From Octopus sinensis (taxonomy: Eukaryota): 32,079 nucleotides of DNA. The translations under genes and the position numbers were made by a program. Below the pieces are notes generated by a model. It made no database searches. It was given only the letters and a program-made list of their open reading frames with translations, and was not told the DNA's origin. Each line of letters starts with the position of its first letter. Positions within the stretch are counted from its first letter, which is position 1. The stretch lies in the NCBI RefSeq assembly GCF_006345805.1, contig NW_021829674.1, positions 1 through 32,079 on the forward strand, given 5' to 3'. Positions 12,220 to 22,859 of this stretch are shown piece by piece.

Positions 12220-12766
12220 TACATAAAACAGCAGCGACCAGCTAACTCGGAAACACGTATCCCTTTGATCGCTCAGTTTGCTAGAAAGAGCAACTAAATA
12301 TCCCTTTTTCCCTTTTGAAATGAGGATGTACATATGTTACTTCGTTTGAGTCAATACACTGACTTTGAGAAACGAATGAACATCACAGAATTGTTGTTCA
12401 ATCGATATTGCTCCATTATCTTTATGCTGACACTACAGATGTGTGGCTTTGCTGGACGTCGAGAAATCAATATAAGCCTAATTTCTACGCAGTATTAAGT
12501 CAGACATATTGTAAGCCCTTACAGCGTTGTAATAGAATAGCTCCAGGATGTAAACGTGATTTCACAGCATTTACCCTGTTGCTGTTATCATTGCTGCTGA
12601 TGGTGCTGGTTGTACAGTGGTTGCTGCTGGTCATATTTCTGTTGTTTGTGTTCTGCTGCTGCCGTTCTTTTAACTCCATGTAAACGCTGACAGAGTAGAA
12701 CTACAGTCAAAGTCATTCAAATACTAACCTTGCCTCGCATTTAAATATATTTTATCCAAAAAAAAA

Positions 12767-12996
12767 GGCGGCGAGCTGGCAGAAACGTTAGCACGCCGGG
12801 CGAAATGCGTAGCCGTATTTCGTCTGCCGTTACGTTCTGAGTTCAAATTCCGCCGAGGTCGACTTTGCCTTTCATTCTTTCGAGGTCAATAAATTAACTA
12901 CCAGTTATGCACTAGGGTCGATGTAATCGACTTAATCCGTTTGTCTGTCCTTGTTTGTCCTCTCTGTGTTTAGCCCCTTGTGGGTAGTAAAGAAAT
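12767..12996 (+). mobile_element. SINE family A, full monomer with 17-bp TSD
   Basis: TSD atatattttatccaaaa at 12745-12761 and 12997-13013. Confidence 0.93.
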
Positions 12997-13089
12997 ATAT
13001 ATTTTATCCAAAACTACACTGTTGAATTGTCCCTTCGTTTTTAATATCATGGTGGTGTTTCATTTGTGGTAAACTTACCTACTATTTCT

Positions 13090-13320
13090 TATTTCTTTAT
13101 TGCCCACAAGGGGCTAAACGTAGAGGGGACAAACAAGGACAGACAAACGGATTAAGTCGATTATATCGATCCAGTGCGTAACTGGCACTTATTTAATCGA
13201 CCCCTAAAGGATGAAAGGCAAAGTCGACCTCGGCGGAATTTGAACTCAGAACGTAGCGGCAGATGAAATACCGCTAAGCATTTCGCTCGGTGTGCTAACG
13301 TCTCTGCCAGCTCGCCGCCT
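13090..13320 (-). mobile_element. SINE family A, full monomer
   Basis: Reverse-complement homologue of 12767-12996; possible TSD tactatttct at 13080-13089 and 13328-13337. Confidence 0.92.
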
Positions 13321-13625
13321 TAAGACTTACTATTTCTACCAGACAAAACGGCCACATAGAGGAAACTGTATAGGCTTAGGAACCTGGTTATTTTTGTTGT
13401 AGTTGTTGTTGTCTATCACCATTTCCTCTCTAATTAAGCAGAATCAAAGACTCTGTCTGAGGAATTTTATTAGGGACTGTAAACGTTCTTTTGACACCTA
13501 TTCCCAAAAAGTTTGTCTCAGCAAATTCCTGAGCTCAGGTATTATATACTAGTGCCAGTCTATAATTACAAACTTTGTTTACCTATGATGAAAAATATTC
13601 ATCTTCTGTACATCATGTCTTTACA

Positions 13626-13809
13626 TGTGGTAAGTAGCTTGCTAACCAACCACATGGTTCCAGGTTCAGTCCCACTGCGTGACACCTTGGGCGGGTGTCT
13701 TCTACTATAGCCTCGGGCCAACCAAAGCCTTGTGAGTTTGATTTGGTAGACGGAAACTGAAGGAAACCCGTCGTATATATGTATATGTTTATATATATAT
13801 GTGTGTGTA

Positions 13810-13848
<39 letters not shown>

Positions 13849-13990
13849 AAGAGAGAGAGAGACCGATAGAATAAATAATAGGTTTACAAAAAATAAGACC
13901 TGGGGTCGATTTGTTCGAAGAAAGGCTGTGCTCCAGCATGGCCGCAGTCAAAATGACTGAAACGAATAAAAGAATAAAAGAAAAGAAAAG
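13626..13990 (+). mobile_element. SINE family C with internal (TA)/(TG)/(GA) microsatellite
   Basis: tRNA-like head (ggttcagtccc B-box-like), internal microsatellite, and tail shared with 22313-22780. Confidence 0.85.
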
Positions 13991-14090
13991 CATATCCAAG
14001 TTGTCCTGTTTCAAGATAGTACGATGTGATTTCATGGAGATTTAGCTAATATACATAGGTGGAGAAACCTCGATTAAATATACACATACA

Positions 14091-14123
<33 letters not shown>

Positions 14124-14735
14124 GCATGCATATGTGTGTGTGTGTGTTTGTGTGAGTGTGTGTGTGTGTATGTATCTATACGTGGTGTTTGCGCGCGTTT
14201 GTGTGTAAGTATATATATATATGTATATATATATACGTACATAGACTCATACATATACATAATTTTGTAAGTAAGTGTGCGTACGAACGTATGTAACAAC
14301 AGCAATTTTAAACGACACAAAATAATTGAAGCCTGTGATAAAAGTTATAACCGGAAGCACAACTTCAGTGAAAAATATGAAAGTAAAAGTTATTTTGCAG
14401 GCCGTCAAATAAATTATTTTCACGTGAGTTGATCCGATTAACGAATGAAGGAATAATTTATTGTACTTGGCATTTTGCGTTTGTAAAAATTATTTTCAGA
14501 GGTACTTTGTCAAGTACATTGAAGACTATTCTGTGTAAAGGTGAGAATAAAATTGAAACATGTACTCCTGAGTTTTCCCTCGTATTTAAAAAATGTATGA
14601 GAATATTTGATTTTTCTTTACCGCATACTTATTTATATCTAGCTTGAATATAGTAACATCAACTATTCCGTTGCTGTTCATGTTATTCAATAATTAGTTT
14701 CCTATGAATAACAAATATAGAATCTTGTATATTTA

Positions 14736-15230
14736 CCGTAAATCCTCGAGTATAATACGCATTTTTCCCCCAACATTTTAAGGTCAAAATACCTAGTGCA
14801 CTCTATATACGAGGTTAAAAATGAAAATTATTTTCTAAGCGATGTCCGAGTCCCTATTTGCTGTCCGGCAATGTTTATTCAGAAGCATTTTGTGATATCT
14901 GGCGCGAAAATACCTTAAGCTAAGCCTGAAAGCAATAAAGTCATAAAAGAATCATCCATAACTTGCAGTTCGCAACATTTATTAAATGTTATTACTATTA
15001 TTTCTTTATTTTCTGCAAACAAAATGCGCAAAAAAGCTACACGTTTGCATTATGTTATATGTACAATAATAATAAAGGACGTTACCGTATGCATTTTTAC
15101 AAACCAAGGACGTTATATAAACCTCCTTGACTCAAGTTAGAGAAGGGGTGCGTATTATACAGAAGGTTTAGGTTTTTCAGAGGTACAGCCCCCTAAAAAT
15201 CCCTTGCGTATTATACTCAAGGATTTACGG
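14736..15230. mobile_element. Non-autonomous Tc1/mariner-superfamily (pogo/Tigger-like) MITE, 495 bp
   Basis: 26-bp TIRs ccgtaaatcctcgagtataatacgca (14736-14761) and 15205-15230 (25/26 match); TA on both sides; subterminal tgcgtattatac repeat near 15149; no ORF. The pogo/Tigger assignment rests on TIR style only. Confidence 0.88.
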
Positions 15231-15308
15231 TACTTCTGAATTCACTCACCAGTACTTCGTTAATAAATACGGTAAAAAGCAGTACTTTTTTGATGAAAAA
15301 AAAATGTT

Positions 15309-15485
15309 ACTCCGTTAGTTACGATCAAGCAAACAACCTGCTCGTGAAAGTAAGGTGCAAGTAAGGTACAGACACGAGTATATTTAACGTAGTTACCATG
15401 GAGATTCAATGTCCCACAAAATATAGCAAAACTGACCCTTTGAAATACAGGCACTACTCATTTTTGTCAGCTGAATGAACTGAGT
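15309..15485 (-). mobile_element. Degraded headless SINE fragment sharing its 3' tail with the copy at 15685
   Basis: actccgttagttacga...aacctgctcgtgaaa...ccctttgaaatacagg is the reverse complement of motifs at 15885-16062. Confidence 0.65.
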
Positions 15486-15684
15486 AACAAAAATAAAATA
15501 ATTCGTCTAAGCTCACTGATGTCCGAATTAATACGGGTGTGCTTCTATTTATAAAAAAAAAGAACTTTATAATTCTTTAAGAATTATTATCCATATAGAT
15601 ATTTTATTACATATTAATTATCATGCACACCTTAGTGACTTCATGGGCAGGGTGTTGCACTCAGGATCACCATATATATTGAGT

Positions 15685-16067
15685 GGAGGCGCAATGGCCC
15701 AGTGGTTAGGGCAGCGGACTCGCGGTCATAGGATCGCGGTTTCGATTCCCAGACCGGGCGTTGTGAGTGTTTATTGAGCGAAAACACCTAAAAGCTCCAC
15801 GAGGCTCCGGCAGGGGATGGTGGTGATCCCTGCTGTACTCTTTCACCACAACTTTCTCTCACTCTTACTTCCTGTTTCTGTTGTACCTGTATTTCAAAGG
15901 GCTGGCCTTGTCACTCTCTGTGTCACGCTGAATATCCCCGAGAACTACGTTAAGGGTGCACATGTCTGTGGAGTGCTCAGCCACTTACACGTTAATTTCA
16001 CGAGCAGGCTGTTCCGTTGATTCGGATCAACCGGAACCCTCGTCGTCGTAACCGACGGAGTGCTTCC
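15685..16067 (+). mobile_element. tRNA-headed SINE family B, long-tail variant
   Basis: A-box tggcccagtggttag and B-box-like gtttcgattccc; head nearly identical to 11566 but with a different 3' tail ending in (CA)n. Confidence 0.88.
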
Positions 16068-16149
16068 ACACACACGCACACACACACATATATATATATA
16101 GTAGAAATATGTTACAAAAAGAAAATATAAAATACACGTAGAAATGTAA

Positions 16150-16435
16150 GGGTAAAATATGAAAAATCAACGAAAATGCATATTGCAAATAGAAAAAGGC
16201 TATTTATGACAGGTAACGACAAATATATACATTTAGATGAATAGCTTTACGTTAATTCCTTGGTTCGTTTTGTTCTCTTACTTTATTGTCATCTTATAAT
16301 CATCTCATAATAATGACTTTTATGACTCGTATTACTACCTCAGTCAATCTAAATGTATATATTTGTCGTTACCTGTCATAAATAGCCTTTTTCTATTTGC
16401 AATATGCATTTTCGTTAATTTTTCATATTTTACCC
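16150..16435. repeat. Fold-back element: 89-bp inverted arms (88/89), 108-bp spacer
   Basis: 16150-16238 is the reverse complement of 16347-16435 with one mismatch. Confidence 0.95.
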
Positions 16436-16442
16436 CTATACA

Positions 16443-16500
<58 letters not shown>

Positions 16501-16525
16501 CTACCGTCTCTAGTCTTACGTATTA

Positions 16526-16569
16526 CTCACAGACCTAGGTTTCTGGATGTTATCCGTCCTCGGTTTGAG
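16526..16569 (-). ncRNA. Minimal type I hammerhead ribozyme motif, core-mutated (CCGAGGA), probably inactive
   Basis: Minus strand reads ctcaaa-CCGAGGA-c-GGAT-aac-ATCC-a-GAAA-C-CTAG-GTC-tgtgag; it is the inverted partner of 17710-17753. Confidence 0.65.
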
Positions 16570-16855
16570 ACAATCACCAGCTGGTGACGAAAGCTATCTC
16601 CACTGTGTATCGTTAACCAGCTGGAAATGATGCTTTCCTCTGTCTAAAGCAATAGTAACACCATCCTTTACAGAACTACCACGTTAGTTTGGCATATAAA
16701 CTTTACTATCCGGCACTGTTACTGTATTTCTCTTGCTCAGAGATTTAAAACATGTCTTTCTCGATACGAGATCAGCGACTGTGTATCGCTTAAAAATATA
16801 ATAGTGTTTTTGCGAGTGGAGATAACTTTCGTCACTAGCTGGTGGTTGTCTCACA

Positions 16856-17696
16856 GTAGTAAACACGAGGAAGAGAAAGGAACGGGTGAATTCTTCACCA
16901 GACAGTCAAAAATGGCTAAAGGAGATTGTGATGGAAGAAAAGAGAAATAGGTGTGAAGCACCAACAGAAGCAGTAGGGAAAGAAGGCACAGGAAAAAAAT
17001 AGCATTACAACAGGGAGAAAAAAGAAGCGTTCATAAAATTGGTTATGATGTTTCAGCACGCCCGAACAGATCAGGACGGGAGCCGAAGCAATCAGAAGTG
17101 AAAAAGAAGAGATATAAGTGGCATTTGGTCACGTATTCCAAAGGTAAAGAAATAGAGAAAACGATTATAAAATATAAATCGGTAATAAGAGTAAAGCTGC
17201 CGCCAGGAAAATACCCTAAAGGAATAGTCATAAAGAGAAACATTTGAAATTAAGAGAGATGTATGGACTTTTCATAGACCCGCTGGGGGTTGAAGTCGAG
17301 TTTGACGAGCTCCCACTGGTCGTGGAATTAGAAGATTTGAAACCCTTTATGAACATTTAAAAATAAGTAAGTATAATTTGTACTTCAAAAAAACAAAAAC
17401 GAGGAAAATAGACTGTTAAAATGTATAAAGAAAAAAAAAACCATACAAAAAAAAGAAGAATAAAAAACTAAGAAAAAGAACAAGCTGAAAAGGGGGGGGA
17501 ACGACTGTAAGAACAATTAAACAATTGTTAAAAAAAAAAAGAAATCGCGGTTTCGTCTCGGAGCGGGACCGAGAAAACCGTTTTATATTCATTATAATTT
17601 AATTCATTGTAATTTGTTCTTTCATATGTTTTATTGTTCCCGTACGTTTGTGTATGTCCCCTCTGTATTCAGGCCTGGTACCTATAATAAAGAGAA
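16856..17696 (+). mobile_element. Unclassified 841-bp insertion with 19-bp TSD
   Basis: Flanked by agctggtg(g/a)ttgtctcaca at 16837-16855 and 17697-17715 (18/19). Removing it restores a continuous 97-bp arm inverted to 16507-16603. AATAAA at 17686-17691. Confidence 0.75.
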
Positions 17697-17709
17697 AGCT
17701 GGTGATTGT

Positions 17710-17753
17710 CTCACACTGAGGACGGATAACATCCAGAAACCTAGGTCTGTAAG
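17710..17753 (+). ncRNA. Minimal type I hammerhead ribozyme motif (Penelope-like/retrozyme type)
   Basis: Stem I ctcaca/tgtaag (5/6); core CTGAGGA 17716-17722; stem II GGAT/ATCC with a C.A closing mismatch; GAAA 17736-17739; stem III AC/GT capped by palindromic CTAG; GTC triplet with predicted cleavage after 17747. Confidence 0.75.
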
Positions 17754-17900
17754 TATCACGTAAGACCAGAGATAAGAGCGATGACCTCCCATGCAAATAC
17801 TATATACGGACACAGACTGTGTTTTTAGCCAACTGAAAAGGATGTTTTCCTGGAGCTAAAACAACAATAACATCGTCCTTTGCGGGACTGCCATGTTATG

Positions 17901-17963
17901 TTGGCATATAAACATTACTACATATATAATATAATATATATATATATATATATATGTAGTAAT

Positions 17964-18002
<39 letters not shown>

Positions 18003-18049
18003 AATGTTTATATATATATATATGTAGTAATGTTTATATTATATGCCAA
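17901..18049. repeat. (TA)n-centred fold-back with a triplicated 14-mer in the right arm
   Basis: ttggcatataaacattactaca is inverted to tgtagtaatgttta (x3 at 17955, 17997, 18023)...tatatgccaa. Confidence 0.85.
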
Positions 18050-18052
18050 TTT

Positions 18053-18085
18053 TCTAGAGGAAAATTCAGTGGACACCAGAACATG

Positions 18086-18175
<90 letters not shown>

Positions 18176-18205
18176 GTTCTGGTGTCCACTGAATTTTCCT
18201 CTAGA
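18053..18205. repeat. Perfect 36-bp inverted repeat around a (TA)n tract
   Basis: 18053-18088 is the exact reverse complement of 18170-18205. Confidence 0.95.
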
Positions 18206-18290
18206 GAACATTCTTTTCTTTGTAGTTTGATCATCGTAGGTGATCTACTTCTAGCATACGGCTGATCACCTAGTGCTTTTTAGACCTTAA

Positions 18291-18377
<87 letters not shown>

Positions 18378-18435
18378 TATATATATACATATATATATAC
18401 ATATACATATATTATATTATATATAAGATATATAT

Positions 18436-18475
<40 letters not shown>

Positions 18476-19111
18476 TGTATACACATACATACACACATGT
18501 TTACACGTACATACATACCCATATAGTACTTATATACATTCATGTAACTCCTTACTTTAACTGAATTGAGAATAAATTGTCTCCTTTATTTAGATTTTAT
18601 TTCATCCTTTTATCACTTCTGCGCATCCCTTTACGGCACAGCTTTATATTATCTTCACACCACGATCATCGAACTTTGTCAGTTTTCGATCATTACTTTT
18701 TCTTCATGTTATTTAAATTTTTTTTATCTTTATAACTTAGATTTTTCCTACATATCTGTACACATAAATATATTTTCGCTATATATTTCTTACAGTAACA
18801 TTATTATTTATATTATATTGTTACACTTGATCTATTTATTTATGGCTTGTATAGTAACCTACTTATCTAAATTTAATATTTACGACGCCATCATTACTTA
18901 TTTAAGGTCTTGCTTTATTTATTATTTGTAAACAGTTACTGGTCCCTGGGGCTATAATAATGTTAGTTGCATTACTCTCTCTCTCTCTCTCTCTCTCTCA
19001 TCGAAGGATTTTTGCGTCACTCGTTGCTACATCCCAACTTATTCACCACTCTAATATCTAGGTTGATTATTGAAGGTGATAGAATTTATAATTTACAAAG
19101 AATGTATATAT

Positions 19112-19148
<37 letters not shown>

Positions 19149-19405
19149 GCGTGTGTGTGTGTACATATACAAATAAATAGATAGATAATAAAGATATACG
19201 TGGATACACACGTATACACACACACCACATACACACATACACAGACACACCACATACACAAACATATATATATATATTTACGTGTATATAAATATCCTTC
19301 TCCCTATCGCTCTCTATATGTATAAATATATATGTATATATATATGTATGTATATATATGTATGCAAACATATGTATGTATATATATATATATACATACA
19401 TATGC

Positions 19406-19456
<51 letters not shown>

Positions 19457-19833
19457 GTGTGTGTATGTATGTATGTATACACACACAAACAGATCGATCG
19501 ATTGATAGATAAAAACATCATAAAATATCACGTGTAAGCTCGTAAGGCAAAGCAGAAAAACAAAACAGACGAACAAAAATTAGTACACGGACTCAGGCAA
19601 GCGAAAGCATGAGTCTGAAAAAAATAATAGAAATATAAAAGAGAAAGAACAAGAAGCAAAGAAGTGTACATGGAAGCTTAATACAGAAGAGGTAGATGGA
19701 CTGAAAGAATCTGATGCTTCAGGTGATACTCTTTATTATTAAAAAGTAGAAAAAAAAAACAGAAGAAAGAAGTGTGTCAACAAGAGAAAGAGAAAACAAT
19801 GTACAACAACGAACAACAACAATAACAACAACG

Positions 19834-19834
<1 letters not shown>

Positions 19835-19913
<79 letters not shown>

Positions 19914-19916
19914 TAC

Positions 19917-20010
<94 letters not shown>
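19835..20010. repeat. (AAT)n array switching to (ATT)n (self-complementary)
   Basis: Orientation switch at 19880/19881. Confidence 0.9.
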
Positions 20011-20013
<3 letters not shown>

Positions 20014-20123
20014 AGTACTGTCTGTCGCAGATCCTTGTTGTGACTTGACAAACAGTACAAACCCCCGCTAGTCACAATATCTTCGACCAACAACCTCATG
20101 ATATTGTATACTGTGCGACGTCC
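20011..20123 (+). mobile_element. Short 3' end of an R4/Dong-like element with (TAA)n tail
   Basis: aaagtactgtctgtc (KVLSV) plus ccttgttgtgacttgaca match the ORF end and 3' UTR start of the 8854-10075 element; (TAA)n follows immediately. Confidence 0.7.
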
Positions 20124-20311
20124 ATAATAATAATATCAATGATAATAATAATAATAATGATAATAATAATAATAATAACAACAAAAATAATAATAATAAT
20201 AATAATAATAATATCAATAATGATAATAATAATAATAATAATAATAATAATAGTAGTAGTATTAGTAGTAGTAGTAGTAGTAGTAGTAGTAACAACAACA
20301 ACACCAACTAC

Positions 20312-20343
<32 letters not shown>

Positions 20344-20345
20344 TG

Positions 20346-20395
<50 letters not shown>

Positions 20396-20421
20396 TGATG
20401 ATGATGATAATGATAATGATG

Positions 20422-20977
20422 TGCCCTGATGCAGTACCAGGCAGTGGCTCTCGTGGCTTCTGATTTTAACTGATTGGAGGTGTTATCATGTACATTGTTT
20501 TGTCTTGGTATAAAAGATGGGCTACAGCAAATTTTCTGCTCAATACCACAGATTTGCTTATCAGTTGCTTGACCTTAACCAGTTCAGCATGTCCCTTAGT
20601 GGCTGACGTTATGTGCATCTCTGATCACGAGCAGAAGTAGTGGGGGGAGCATCATAGCCATGTGTTGAGAGGGATTCTCTGGGGTTTGAATAATTCACCT
20701 CTGGAAGCATGGGTGTTTCATTCAACATCCTTAAACAATCCTTATTCAGGGACATTTCGCGTGAAATGGGCTACTCGACCTTAAGAAAATTCTAACTAGG
20801 CCCCACCTGCAAGGTCATGCGCTGTTAATCTTGATATGAGATCACCATGTCACGCACATATGGTTGTGATGGATGTGCCTGGTGTACTCTTATCAGACCG
20901 GTAGTCATGATGGGTATATTGGGCTTCGTATATTTTACCCCAGTGTCAGTTTGATGGCATGCACTGCTCTCTCACTC
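20422..20977 (+). mobile_element. ~556-bp unclassified interspersed element between (AAT)/(GAT) arrays (copy 2)
   Basis: Homologue of 7129-7665 with identical termini tgccctgatgcagtacc and ctgctctctcac; followed by (AAT)n. Confidence 0.85.
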
Positions 20978-20983
20978 AATAAC

Positions 20984-21047
<64 letters not shown>

Positions 21048-21547
21048 TTAATAATAATAATAATAATAATAACAATAATAATAATAATAACAACAGCATT
21101 GCCCAAACGACCTCAATAGTAGCTTCAAAATTCTTCCAAGGCAAGGACCACGGGCCATACGTCCCCTACCCAATTCAGGATCACAGCACCTAAATACACT
21201 GTAACATAATTTGTCTTTTCCTCAACAAACCCTGCCCTATTGTCCTGAAACGGATCAAAGAGGAATCGAGACAAATTTCGTCAAGAAATACCAGATAGAC
21301 CACCTATCCCTAGATACAACTCATTCATGAAGAACTTCCTACTCGAATGGACCATGATACCACAAAACTTGACTTTAAAAGGTTTTAGATCATCCTATAA
21401 TCCTATCAGATGGTGCTATTATGTTAGATAGGGCCTGGATCAATCTTAGAGAAAAATAAGTTCAAAAAGAACAATTCAAACTTTTTGAAGGATCCCAAAA
21501 GAGAGAAAAAATAATTTCCAATAACGAATTTTTACCTGTAACGAATT

Positions 21548-21655
<108 letters not shown>

Positions 21656-21808
21656 CGACGGGCTTCTTTCAGTTTCCGTCTACGAAATCCACTCACAAGG
21701 CATGTACACTTCTTTGAAGATAGAGTAGAAGACACTTGCCGAAGGGGACTGAACCTGAAACCATGTTATCGGGAAGCAAGCTACTTAACACACAGCCACT
21801 CCTGAGCC
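21656..21808 (-). mobile_element. SINE family C 5' (head) portion
   Basis: cgacgggcttctttcagtttccgtctac...actgaacctgaaaccatg...cacagccactcctg is the reverse complement of the family C head. Confidence 0.8.
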
Positions 21809-22312
21809 TATGATAAATTGTTGATAAGTTTAGCTAATTGAGATCAATTTTTAGGTAAAAAGCCAAAATAAATAAATAAATCAGTATTTTAAAAATCTCT
21901 GTTTGTTATAAGCCAATGTTTCATAATAGAACAATTTTTCTTAACACAAAGTAATTCGTGTCTTTCTAAATAAAAATTGTTCCATTATTTCTAAAATTAA
22001 TTCAAACAAAAATGGAATATGAGAATTTGATATTATTGTATACGAGACAAGAAAATATTTGGAAATACTGCAAAAATAGTTTTAGTCTAATTTCCAAACA
22101 GAGACAGAATATATTTGACTGGTGTCACGCCAAAAACTTTTCTACTATTATTTCTGCAAAATAGCTTATTAAGCGAGATTTCTAAAACTATGAGTTATGA
22201 AAAATGGTATATCCAGTCAAATTTCAATTTTAGAGGAAACCGCCGTTCATTTCTTTCAAATTAGATTTCACAAAATTATTCAGTATATTCTTCTATTAAG
22301 TTTTTTTCCTCA

Positions 22313-22780
22313 GACGCAGGCGTGGCTGTGTAGTAAGAAGTTTGTGATTGGCTTGGGTTCAGTCTCACGGCGCGTCATCTTGGGTAAGTGTCTTCTATTA
22401 TAACCCCAGGCCAACCAAAGCCTTGTGAGTGGATATGGTAGACGGAAAAACTGAAACAAGCCCGCTGTATATATATACATATATATATATGCAGATATAT
22501 GTGTGTGTACGTGTATATGTGTGTACGTGTATGTGTGTGTGTATGTAGCGTGTGTTTGAATGCACGCATGGATGTTGTATGTTGTGTTTGTTCGTCACCA
22601 CTGCTTGACAACCGGTGTTGGTTTGTTGCGTCTATATAATATAGAGCTTCGGCAAAAAGAAACCGACAGAATGAGTGCCAGGCTTATAAATAAGTACTTA
22701 GGTCGATTCATCCGAATAAAAAGCACCTTAAGTCGGTGCCCCAGCATTACCGCAGTCTAAAGACTGAAAAATATAAAGAG
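22313..22780 (+). mobile_element. SINE family C, near full length, with internal microsatellite
   Basis: Head gacgcaggcgtggctgtg...gggttcagtc, (TA)/(TG) core, tail ccccagcattaccgcagtctaaagactgaaa. Confidence 0.85.
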
Positions 22781-22859
22781 AAACAACGTTATTTAATCTA
22801 ATTATTCTAAACTATTGCTGACATTTTTGCGTTTTAAACAATGCTTTATTTTCAGATTG

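Noticed and set aside
13442-13538. Candidate 97-nt exon (NQRLCLRNFIRDCKRSFDTYSQKVCLSKFLSS) with ag/gt ends
   Set aside because: Unrecognised peptide, phase incompatible with the next candidate at 14499-14539, and the opposite strand could equally be a decayed transposase end.
14499-14539. Candidate 41-nt exon between ttttcag and gtgaga
   Set aside because: Too short and unrecognisable; such splice-like sites are expected by chance in 32 kb.
20422-20520. Possible HDV-like ribozyme at the 5' end of the 550-bp element (gtaccagg/cttggtat helix, ctcgt loop)
   Set aside because: I could not form P1 or a J4/2 catalytic C; it folds more simply as a plain hairpin.
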